A stretch of DNA of 63,334 bases, the filler included, from Deltaproteobacteria bacterium (GTDB lineage Bacteria > Myxococcota > JACRCW01): NCBI GenBank assembly GCA_016218805.1. It is 4 parts of 4 records of this genome, joined end to end, with 100 filler letters (N's around TTAATTAATTAA, not from the genome) between each part and the next. Parts side by side here need not be neighbours in the genome. Positions count along the whole stretch, not along the records: positions 53,135 to 63,334 come from JACRCW010000160.1; 3 more parts are not named here. One strand, given 5' to 3'. Under the pieces are notes generated by a model. The model worked only from the letters and a program-made list of their open reading frames with translations. It was not told the DNA's origin and did not search any database. The translations under genes and the position numbers were made by a program. This document shows, one piece after another, positions 54,859 to 63,334 of this stretch; positions within the stretch are counted from its first letter, which is position 1, and the number at the start of each line of letters is the position of its first letter.

Positions 54859-55400
54859 TCACTGGACCTTGAAGATCAGCGTGTCGCTGTCCCTGGCCAC
54901 GCGGCCGGATGACGTGGACCCCTGTATGGACACCTTCAGGACGTTGCGCGCCGGTGTTCCCGGAATTGCCACCGGGACGGCCTCCACGCACGAGGCGCAG
55001 GGATGGAATTGAGAGGTAATGCTGACGCCATTGAACTCCGCCGCGAACGTGGCGGGCTGCGTGGTGGCGCCGTAGAGAATGACCAGATTGAACGTGATGG
55101 AGCCGGCCGACGCCGGGAGGACCGTCTCGCGTTGGCCGGGATTGAGGTACCGCAGGAACGGGTTGACCTCCGCGGGACTCTGCCCGCCGCCAACAAAGGC
55201 GGTGCCCGGACGCTACCGCGAAGGCCGTGGGCGGTGGAAGGGTCTCGGAAGCGTTGGCCGCGGGTACGGGCGCCGGGGATCGCGAAGTCTTCTCGCGAGC
55301 GAAGGTTGCGACGTGGAACGTCGCAAGGCCGTGATCTCCTTGAAGCAGCGGGACGTATGGAGTTCGTTGAGAAGTCGCACGCACCGTTCCGCGATGAACT
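54859..55400 (-). pseudogene. Frameshifted remnant of a secreted protein's C-terminal beta-domain
   Basis: Not in the ORF track. 55200 to 54859 reads AFVGGGQSPAEVNPFLRYLNPGQRETVLP..ILYGATTQPATFAAEFNG..NVLKVSIQG..RDSDTLIFKVQ*; it is closed upstream by TAG at 55213-55215 with no start codon. Confidence 0.6.
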
Positions 55401-55800
55401 CAAGGGCGACCGGGAAGTCCCAGCGAGTGCCGAACACGAGGGAGGTCAGCGATGACTCGAGAGCGGGAAGAGCGGTTACTTGAAGCAGCGGGCCCGGCCA
55501 CCTCTCAAGCGCGCGTGGTCGAGCGAAGTGAGCAAGCTCAAGGCCATCGTGGTCCGAGGAGGGCGGGGCTTGTCGGAGCATGTAGTCGCATTGTTGTGGT
55601 CTCCGTCTCGCCGGGGGCTTGACTGGGGCAGCGGCCATTCGTCACGCTTCCTCACGCGATTGGAGGTCGTAGGCGCAACTGGGGCGGGCCATGAAACCTT
55701 CCGTTGGCATCCGGATACGAGTATCCCGTGGACGTCACGCACGCGCGTCTTCAACGCTGTCGCGCACGCGTCGCGTAGGACGGGTGATCAGGGGGACGGC

Positions 55801-56994
55801 ATGACGAAGGAAACCAAGGCGGCCTTGGGGGTTGCCCGGCGGGCATTTGCCTTGTTTCAATCCGAGGATGTGGACCTGTTTGCAGCGTTCGGCAAGGAGG
55901 ACGCCGCCGAGAGCTACGAAAGGGGGGCCTAGCCGTTGTGGCGCTACCCTGAGCTCGCCGGGCACGGAATCCACGCGACTTCCGAGCGAAGGGCGTCACT
56001 GGGTGTGTACGTGACGCACCCGTTGACCGGCAGGAACAAGAGCGCGAGGGAGGTGCCTGCCGCCGGGGTTTGGGTCGATCTCACCGCGGTCGTGCCGAAT
56101 CGTCGCAAGGAGAAGGACTTCCAGGCTACGGCGGAGTTCCGGTCGATGCTCAACGCCATGTCCCTCGGCCCGGAAGATGACGTGGTGGAGTGGCCCCGGT
56201 TGGAGGGGGAAGACCACGGCTTGGAGCCACGCATCCTCGTCTACCGTGACGACGCGATGGCCACGATAGACGATCGGTTCGTGTCCATCACGATGGGCAT
56301 GCGCGTCCCCGCCTCAGAGCTCTCCCGCGCGGAGTGGTGCGCCCAGCGCGTCTTTGACGCGCTCCGCGCCAGGTTCACCCGGTTCGCAGAGCTTGTTCAC
56401 CTGGCAAGGGGCTTCCTCGCCGTGGACGCCCGCCCGGTCACTCTGCCCGAGGTGATGGGGTGGTGCGGAGAATACGTCGTCTTCCGGAACAACTCATCCT
56501 GGAGATGGGTCGGCGAGTATGCGCCCTACGACTTCCGTCGAGAAGACGGCTGCCACGTGGAAGTGAAGGCGGGTGATGGTCGGCTGCCTGACTGGGCCTG
56601 GTTCTCCGTCGCCGAGATTCGCGAGGCCGTTGGGCAGCCGAGATACGAGCTTGTCGGCGTGTCCGTACCAGGCGAAGTGTCGAGGAGGATGGTGGACATC
56701 ATCAAGCTCGCCAAGAATGACAAGACCGCCGGGATGCCGAAGACACGCTCCAGGACACGTTCCCACCGTCCGCCGCACGAGGACGTCGTACGCCTCATGG
56801 CGCAGTTCGGCAGGAGCGCTGCCGCGCTGGAACGACCCCACGTCGAAGAACTCGAATCCCTCTTGGACGAGCTCAGGCCTGCACACCATCGGAGCTACGA
56901 CAACCCGTTCGCGACTGGGGCGTACCTGCACGACCTCCGCCCTGTCGCCAAGCTGGCAGTCTCAGGACGCATCAAGGTGAGTCTCACGACGTAA
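55801..56994 (+). pseudogene. DUF3883-like PD-(D/E)xK nuclease-domain gene interrupted by an in-frame TAG at codon 44
   Basis: ATG 55801 and the 55936-56994 ORF share a frame, separated by TAG at 55930-55932; motif PYDF..HVEVK..FSVAE. Confidence 0.55.
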
Positions 56995-57200
56995 CTCCCG
57001 TCGGAGGAGCGGAGCGCCCAAACCAAGGTGCCTCCCGTCAGTCAAGGTTGGGTACGACGGGGTGGAGCGTGCCTTGGGGGGGGGATTGGCAAGACTCAAA
57101 CCGAGCCCGGTTGACAGCTCCTCACACCCCACGCTTGCGCACAGCGCGACGTTTCGGGGCAGGGTCCGAAACAACCCTCACAAGGAACAAGGAGAACTTC

Positions 57201-57935
57201 ATGGCGGAGATGCTTCCCAAGACGGCGTCCGGGAAGGCGCATGAACGGTTCGGCGTGAACACGGTGGCAACCATGCGTGCCCATGAGCAGCACAACCCGC
57301 GGTTGACGGAGCCGCAGCGCACGGCGCTGGCGGCTGAACGTGAGCGCCTGGGCGTGCCACTGCGCAAGCTGTCCGAGGCCAATGTCCCCTATGGCGCGTG
57401 GCTGGACAGCGCCCTGCTGGAGGTGCGGGCGGAGCAGCGGGTGGGCGACTTTCTGTGCGACGAGAGCCAGCGTGACGCCGTGGCCCTTGCCCGCCGCTAC
57501 CCCAAGGCGGTGGCGTCCCTCCCCGGCGGGCAGGCGGCACTGTGGACGGAGAAACAGCCGGCGCGGACCCTGCGCCTGGGGCGGGAGGCCACCGTGGACT
57601 CCACCCAGCACACGGCCCGGCAGTTGCGCCTGCTGGACCCGCAAGCCGTCCCGGGCGCGCCAGAGGTGGCCGGCACCATGGACAAGTCCGCGGGGGTCCT
57701 GCTCGGCTTCAACGAGAAGGCGGACCGGATTGCCGCGGGGCCTGTGCCGCTCAAGTTTGCCGTGGACAAGGCCATTGTGGAGTTTCGCGGCGAGTTGGAG
57801 TTGATGAAGGCGCGCCTGACGCTGGCGGGACTGTCTGGTCCGTTCATTGACAGCCTGTTCCCGGAGCTGAGCAAGGGCGGCAGTGACACCGAGGACAGCG
57901 AGGAGCCGGGCGAGACGCCGGTGGGTCCCCAGTAG
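57201..57935 (+). CDS. Hypothetical helical protein (244 aa)
   Basis: AAGGAG RBS; MAEMLPKTASGKAHERFG...IDSLFPEL; no family recognised. Confidence 0.7.
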   Translation: MAEMLPKTASGKAHERFGVNTVATMRAHEQHNPRLTEPQRTALAAERERLGVPLRKLSEANVPYGAWLDSALLEVRAEQRVGDFLCDESQRDAVALARRYPKAVASLPGGQAALWTEKQPARTLRLGREATVDSTQHTARQLRLLDPQAVPGAPEVAGTMDKSAGVLLGFNEKADRIAAGPVPLKFAVDKAIVEFRGELELMKARLTLAGLSGPFIDSLFPELSKGGSDTEDSEEPGETPVGPQ

Positions 57936-58046
57936 CACCCTCCAGCAGCCCCCCATCAGCCGCCCCGGGCTGCGCTTGGAGTTCGGTCGGTCGGCGCAAA
58001 GAGCCTGCATCGGTTTGACCCGGCCCAGGACAGGAGAACCACCACG

Positions 58047-58820
58047 ATGAAGACTCATCACAACCAGTACTTGCTACAGAAACCGGAAAGCAGGAGGCGC
58101 CTGTTGCTGATTGCGACGTTTGGCTTCGTCGCGACCGCCGGGGCGGCCGCGTCCGGTGCCTTCCCCGCTGATGACGCCGGCTCGGTGGCCGCGGACATGC
58201 GGGACGCCCCACGACGGGAAGAACAGGCCAGGCGGATTGAGCGGACCGCCCACGCAGTTCCGGCCGCCCCAGTTGCAGGTCTCGATGAGGCGCCGCCCCT
58301 TCCGAGCGCAGAAGCCCGCCGTGACGCATTGCAGCGGCAGTTGGAGCGGCGCGTCGCCCGGTTCGTTCCGCGCAGCGACGGGGACCGGCATCCCAAGTAC
58401 GGCGACAGCATGGGCGACGAGATCGCATGGTTTTATGACCACCCCCGCACGACACATGTGGTCTACGGCACCGTTGTGGGGGCAGAAGGCGTCCATCTCG
58501 GTGGCCCCCACATCTACACGCGCTGCACGGTGCGGGTGATGGAGTCCTTCAAGGGGGCTGCGGCTCCAGGAGACAGCGTGGTGGTCTTCACCGTCGGTGG
58601 CGCGGTCGCTGGCGTGGGGGAACTGGCGGTGAGTCACGTGCGCACGTGCGTTCTTGGGACGCGGGGGATCTTCACCGTGTGGGGCACCAGCGGCGCTGGG
58701 ATTGCCGTGGGCTCTGACGACGACCACCCGACCCTTGTGGACCGTGACGGGGTGGAGCAGGCGGACGCGTCCATTTGGCTCGACTTCTTCCGCGGCCTGA
58801 TGATTGGGAGGCCCGAATGA
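58047..58820 (+). CDS. Secreted protein with TIMP/NTR-like OB-fold (protease prodomain-like)
   Basis: AGGAG RBS, signal region; VVYGTV..IYTRCTVRVMESFKG..VFTVGGAV pattern. Confidence 0.55.
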   Translation: MKTHHNQYLLQKPESRRRLLLIATFGFVATAGAAASGAFPADDAGSVAADMRDAPRREEQARRIERTAHAVPAAPVAGLDEAPPLPSAEARRDALQRQLERRVARFVPRSDGDRHPKYGDSMGDEIAWFYDHPRTTHVVYGTVVGAEGVHLGGPHIYTRCTVRVMESFKGAAAPGDSVVVFTVGGAVAGVGELAVSHVRTCVLGTRGIFTVWGTSGAGIAVGSDDDHPTLVDRDGVEQADASIWLDFFRGLMIGRPE

Positions 58821-60664
58821 GAAACGTCCTCCGCGCGTTTGTGTTGTTGAGTGTCGCCTCCGCCCCGCTGGCGGCCGAGGCGCAGGGCTGGGGCTACAAG
58901 TTCAATGAGGTGTACCTCCTCACCAACCAGACCCATACCTTCTTTCTTGCCAACGACCTGCACACGGCGCTGGACTGGGCGCCTCTGCACGACCCCACGT
59001 TCCAAGACTTCCTCGACCTGACCGAGCGCAGCGCGCAGACTTGGAACGCATGGGCACGAGCCCCGATCGCCATCACGATCTCCCGCAATTCTGTGCCCAA
59101 CCAGACCCAGTCATGCCCGTGGGCGCCGTGGTTGGATCCCCCGGGTTTCTGCGTCGCCTTCGACGAGTCTCCCACACGGATCAACGCCGTCTACCACCGT
59201 GACCGTCCCGCCTGGGCATCGGGTGCGGGCACCCGGATGTGGACCAACTGCTTCAAGCCGGTCATTGGGGAGCCTGACTGCGACATCACGATCTTCACGG
59301 ACACCAACATCACGTGGAACAGCTCCGCTGGGCCCGTCAGCCATGTGGGTACGTTTCTGGAATGGGGCAGCGCGGACTACTCCGACCAAGGCGGCGTGGA
59401 GCGCATGTTCGCGCACGAGTTGGGGCACGCACTTGGACTGGCCCATCCGAACGGGTGCGTCAGCGGCAGCCCCGGCCCGCTGATGTGTGGCGGTATGCGA
59501 GCAGAGGGCTGGGATTTCCCAAGCGTGGATGACATTGACGGCGTCAGGACGAGGCACAACGCCACCGTGACGCGGGGCGTGGGCCTCCTCCTCGGGTCGG
59601 TGGACGCCGTCGGGCACGTGACGCTGGGGACAACCGGCGTGCCCAACGCGTCCATGGATTCCATTGCACGGCCGCGGATCGCCTGCCGCAACAGCACTTC
59701 CTTCCCCGATTGCGTGGTCACCACCGTCAGCAATCAGAACTGCGGTGGTGTCTCCAGCGATTGCATCCGGTTGACCGCGCTGGCGGACTATTCGGAGGCC
59801 GGGGGCGCCAGCCCAGCGTTTCTTGGGACCCTGCAGGCGACCGTGCCACGGTCGTCGCGGCACGACGTGGATGTTGCGGTCAGTCCGACCAACCAAGTCG
59901 CGTTGGTGACTTGGATGGACGCTGCGGACAGGATGGTGCGTTGGACCACATGGGACCTCGACACAGGCGTCGTGCGCACGCCCACCTCGCTGGGGGTTGA
60001 AACGCGCATTCCGCCCAGAGTGACGTGGCACAACCTGCTGTCGCGCTTCGTTCTTGTCTTCGCGAACCCACGTCGGGACCTGATGGTCGCGGTCTCAACC
60101 ACCGGTGGCGCTGCGGGCTTCTCGACCCCACAGCGATTGGCCCCCACTGACCCGGCCAGGTTCGCCTATGGCAGTCTGGACGTGCAGTGCCCGGAGCATC
60201 AGGGAACGGACGGATACTGTCGCTTGGTCCACGCCGACAATGGACCCTATTCGTCGGGGACCATCCTGGCCCAGAACCGCAACCTCCTGGTGACCTCCGG
60301 GAGATTCTCGGTAACGTCGTACGGAACGGTTGCGTCGAGCGCTTGGGAAACGTCAAACCGCCATGCAGAGATCATCGGGTCCATCGCTGACTACGGCGCG
60401 AACCCTCCGAGCGGCGGGTGGGCCGGCCCAGGGTGGTTGATGCTCACGTCACGCCGCTCCGTGATCACAGACCTGAATACCGGCCTCATTTTCAGCGGCA
60501 ACGTCGCCCATACATTCACCGGCGCCCCTGAAGTAGACGTGCAGGTCTTCGACATTCCGGTCGCCAGTGGGCCCAAGAGCATGTGGGGCGGGCTATCATG
60601 CAGCTACGTACGCTGGACGCGGAAGTTTGCGTGCGTGCAGCACAACGGGGGCCAGCCATGGTGA
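58817..60664 (+). CDS. Secreted metzincin (matrixin-like) zinc metalloprotease
   Basis: Signal peptide; HELGHALGLAH, Met-turn PLMC, DDIDGV; ATGA overlap. Confidence 0.82.
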   Translation: MRNVLRAFVLLSVASAPLAAEAQGWGYKFNEVYLLTNQTHTFFLANDLHTALDWAPLHDPTFQDFLDLTERSAQTWNAWARAPIAITISRNSVPNQTQSCPWAPWLDPPGFCVAFDESPTRINAVYHRDRPAWASGAGTRMWTNCFKPVIGEPDCDITIFTDTNITWNSSAGPVSHVGTFLEWGSADYSDQGGVERMFAHELGHALGLAHPNGCVSGSPGPLMCGGMRAEGWDFPSVDDIDGVRTRHNATVTRGVGLLLGSVDAVGHVTLGTTGVPNASMDSIARPRIACRNSTSFPDCVVTTVSNQNCGGVSSDCIRLTALADYSEAGGASPAFLGTLQATVPRSSRHDVDVAVSPTNQVALVTWMDAADRMVRWTTWDLDTGVVRTPTSLGVETRIPPRVTWHNLLSRFVLVFANPRRDLMVAVSTTGGAAGFSTPQRLAPTDPARFAYGSLDVQCPEHQGTDGYCRLVHADNGPYSSGTILAQNRNLLVTSGRFSVTSYGTVASSAWETSNRHAEIIGSIADYGANPPSGGWAGPGWLMLTSRRSVITDLNTGLIFSGNVAHTFTGAPEVDVQVFDIPVASGPKSMWGGLSCSYVRWTRKFACVQHNGGQPW

Positions 60665-61548
60665 GTGGGTTGCGTCTTCTCTTCCTGGGTATGCTCGTTG
60701 TCGGCCTCGCCGCGTTCTCCTGCATGAGCAACGGCGGCTCCAGCTACGATGACCCTGAACGCGTCATTCCGCGGATGGCGCCGCTGTGCACGGACTACTG
60801 GCTGGATCGCGCCCAGGTCCTTGCGCGCATCCTGCTGGACACCGAGGTGGAACCGTGCCCCGAGGGAGAGGGCTGCCCATCCGACGATACGGGTGGCCGC
60901 ATGAGGTACCGAGTGGTGGAGGCCTGGGCCGGAGTCCAGGCCACACAAGGCGTGCTGCTCACTCCTGACTCATCGTGGACGCAACTGCAGGTCGTTTTCG
61001 GGCCGGGACCGCTTGAAGCCGTGATGGTGGCAACACGGGAGCCGCCCGGCACAGACGACTACCGCATCTGCGGGTTTGCCCCCGAGGATGAACTGGTGTG
61101 GGTTCGCGCCACGCGCTGCGACCGCCCCTGGGATGCGGGTTCCCAACCGCGGCCAATCTACGGCGACCTGATGATCCTTCACCAGGAGAGCGGCATGGCT
61201 GTTTCCATCGTCGGAGTTGCGGCCGCTCGTGGGAGACACCTCATCACCCCAGAGATGACGGAGCATGACCCAAACGTCCTGGAGCGCATGGCCGCCGACG
61301 AATGGATCCGAAAACCCTACTTCGCACCCATTGCGGATGTGCTTGCCGCCGCAGAGGCGTCCGCCAAGCGCGCTCCAGAGAGGCAGCTCTACTCCACGTA
61401 CGAGGACATCAGCGACCCTCTTCCGGGACGCGGCGGAATGAAGTGCCTGCGGCGGCCCGACACGCCACCGCAGAACGATGCCGGTCTTGACGGCGGTGAT
61501 GGCGGCGACGCAGGCGATCTGGATGGCGGTGACGACGCCGGCTCTTGA
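60658..61548 (+). CDS. Hypothetical lipoprotein
   Basis: MVSGLRLLFLGMLVVGLAAFSC lipobox; C-terminal DAG/DGG repeats; overlaps the protease stop. Confidence 0.65.
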   Translation: MVSGLRLLFLGMLVVGLAAFSCMSNGGSSYDDPERVIPRMAPLCTDYWLDRAQVLARILLDTEVEPCPEGEGCPSDDTGGRMRYRVVEAWAGVQATQGVLLTPDSSWTQLQVVFGPGPLEAVMVATREPPGTDDYRICGFAPEDELVWVRATRCDRPWDAGSQPRPIYGDLMILHQESGMAVSIVGVAAARGRHLITPEMTEHDPNVLERMAADEWIRKPYFAPIADVLAAAEASAKRAPERQLYSTYEDISDPLPGRGGMKCLRRPDTPPQNDAGLDGGDGGDAGDLDGGDDAGS

Positions 61549-61619
61549 GCGGAGATTGCAGGCACACCGTGGTGCGTTCGGTGGAGGATCACTGCCTCGC
61601 GCTCTCGCAGAGCGCGACG

Positions 61620-61786
61620 AAGGAGAACTTCATGGCAGAGATGCTTCCCAAGACGGCATCTGGGCGGGCGCATCAGCGGTTCGGTGTCATTGACAGCCTG
61701 TTCCCGGAACTGAGCTAGGGCGGCAGTGACACCGAGGACAGCGAGGAGCCGGGCGAGACGCCGGTGGGTCCCCAGTAGCACCCTCC
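61620..61786 (+). pseudogene. Internally deleted duplicate of the 57201-57935 gene
   Basis: The RBS and first ~19 codons are fused to the last ~29 codons; AAG>TAG nonsense change; the 3' end is otherwise nearly identical through CAGTAGCACCCTCC. Confidence 0.85.
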
Positions 61787-61824
61787 CGGGCCAACCCGGC
61801 TGAGCACCGGCACCCGGCCGAGCC

Positions 61825-62036
61825 CCCCCGCGACCCACCCCGCCGCGGCGTTGGGGTGGCCCACGGCGCCCCGCGACCCACCCCGCCGCGGCGTTGGGGT
61901 GCCCCACGGCGCCCCGCGACCCACCCCGCCGCGGCGTTGGGGTGCCCTGCGGCGCCCCGCGACCCACCCGGCCGCGGCGTTGGGGTGCCCCACCGCCCGC
62001 CGCGGCCCACCCCGCCGCGGCGTGAGGGGTGGCCCA
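61825..62036. repeat. Five tandem copies of a 43-bp palindromic unit
   Basis: CGCG(A/G)CCCACCC(C/G)GCCGCGGCGT.. starts at 61829, 61872, 61915, 61958 and 62001. Confidence 0.92.
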
Positions 62037-62134
62037 GCGCCCGCCGCAGCCCGGAGGACCCATGGCCCCCATGCGGCCTCGCTTGCATCAGCCCCGTGGG
62101 CGGTGGCCAGATGCGCGCTCCCTTGGAGGTCCCC

Positions 62135-63334
62135 ATGGCCCGGCCCGATCCCCACTCGTACGCGGATGACATGCACCCGGGTACGCGCCACATCGACCTG
62201 GTGCTTGACGTGGACTTTGCCGCCCGGCGCCTGGCCGGCACGGCCACGCTGCACCTGGATGATACGCGCGGCGGCCCGCTGCACCTGGACACGCGCGCGC
62301 TGGAGATCCTGTCCGCCACCGACGGCAACGGCGCCCCCGTTCCCTTCTCCCTGGACCCGCCGGACGCCGTCCTGGGTGCGCGCCTCAAGCTGGACCTGCC
62401 CGCCGGGATGAACCGCGTCACGCTGCGCTACCGCACCAGCCCGGACGCCAGCGCCCTGCAGTGGCTGGACCCCGCGCAGACGGCGGGCGGCAAGCACCCC
62501 TACCTGTTCAGCCAATGCCAGAGCATCCACGCGCGCTCCATGGTCCCCTGCCAGGACAGCCCGCGGTTGCGCGTGACCTACAAGGCGGAGCTCAACGTCC
62601 CCGCGCCGCTTGTCGCCGTGATGGCCGCCGCGCCGCGCGGCACGCGGCCGCTGCCGGACGGGCGCACCGCGTACCTGTTTGAGATGCCGCAGCCCATTCC
62701 CAGCTACCTGTTTGCGCTGGCGGTGGGTGAGCTGCAGGGACGGGATTTGTCCCCGCGGTCACGCGTGTACGCGGAGCCCGCGCTGCTGGACACCGCGGCG
62801 CATGAATTTGGCGGCGTGGAGGCCATGATCACCGCGGCGGAGAAGATGTTTGGTCCCTACCCGTGGGAGCGGTTTGACATGCTGGTCATGCCGCCCAGCT
62901 TCCCGTTCGGCGGGATGGAGAACCCGCGGCTCACCTTCCTCACGCCCACGCTGCTGGCCGGGGACCGCTCGCTGGTCAACGTGGTCATCCATGAGCTGGC
63001 GCATTCCTGGACGGGGAACCTGGTCACCAACGCCACGCTGGAGCACTTCTGGCTCAATGAGGGTTTCACCGTCTACGCGGAGCGCCGCATCCTGGAGGCC
63101 ATGGAGGGCGCGGAGGCGGTGGCCATGCACGCGGCCATTGGCCTGAGCGGGCTCAAAGAGGACATGGCGCGGCTGGAGGGCCGGTTCACGCGGCTGCAGA
63201 CGCACCTGGAGGGCGTGGACCCGGATGAGGTGTACTCGCAGGTCCCCTACGAAAAGGGCTGCCTGCTGCTGCAGCGGATTGAAGTGGCCACGGGGCGCGA
63301 GGCGTTTGACCGCTTCCTGCGCACGTACATCTCC
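62135..63334 (+). CDS. M1 family aminopeptidase (leukotriene A4 hydrolase-like); runs off the window
   Basis: Not in the ORF track. GGAGG RBS; MARPDPHSY, FSQCQSIHARS, PPSFPFGGMENP, HELAHSWTGN, WLNEG, PYEKG. Confidence 0.93.
   Translation, partial: MARPDPHSYADDMHPGTRHIDLVLDVDFAARRLAGTATLHLDDTRGGPLHLDTRALEILSATDGNGAPVPFSLDPPDAVLGARLKLDLPAGMNRVTLRYRTSPDASALQWLDPAQTAGGKHPYLFSQCQSIHARSMVPCQDSPRLRVTYKAELNVPAPLVAVMAAAPRGTRPLPDGRTAYLFEMPQPIPSYLFALAVGELQGRDLSPRSRVYAEPALLDTAAHEFGGVEAMITAAEKMFGPYPWERFDMLVMPPSFPFGGMENPRLTFLTPTLLAGDRSLVNVVIHELAHSWTGNLVTNATLEHFWLNEGFTVYAERRILEAMEGAEAVAMHAAIGLSGLKEDMARLEGRFTRLQTHLEGVDPDEVYSQVPYEKGCLLLQRIEVATGREAFDRFLRTYIS

Noticed and set aside
61825..62036. CRISPR array
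   Set aside because: The segments between palindromes are near-identical rather than unique spacers, the 43-bp period is too short, and there are no cas genes.

Overview
Very GC-rich bacterial DNA, most likely Myxococcota: it has a TIGR02266-type PilZ protein, an MXAN_5187-like C-terminal domain, Cys-rich CGDG-repeat proteins, Ser/Thr kinases and Myxococcus-type LexA boxes. The window is four contigs joined by artificial 100-nt N/TTAATTAATTAA linkers (20889-20988, 42839-42938, 53035-53134), so adjacency across those joins means nothing. Housekeeping genes include leuS, greA, rpoC (partial), deoC, yidC, a jag-like gene, recA, alr, rnhA and lysC. The best candidate for an undescribed system is a translationally coupled minus-strand operon at 31744-34801: alanine racemase, then a radical SAM/SPASM enzyme with an RRE-like N-terminus, then a ~185-aa protein whose six cysteines all lie in a repeated (S/G/Q)TGC motif. 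This looks like a multi-core RiPP or protein-modification system. Other points of interest: a PPTase-pfaD-pfaA PUFA-synthase cluster with an upstream palindrome; an NrtR-like operator in front of an ADP-ribosylglycohydrolase that lacks a stop codon and reads antisense through recA; tandem LexA boxes; a DeoC with an encapsulation-peptide-like N-terminus; a Spinster MFS/acyltransferase operon; an accessory region with pseudogenes, an amber-interrupted DUF3883-like nuclease and a metzincin cassette between direct repeats; and a 43-bp palindromic tandem repeat. All family assignments come from motif recognition by eye; no database search was run.
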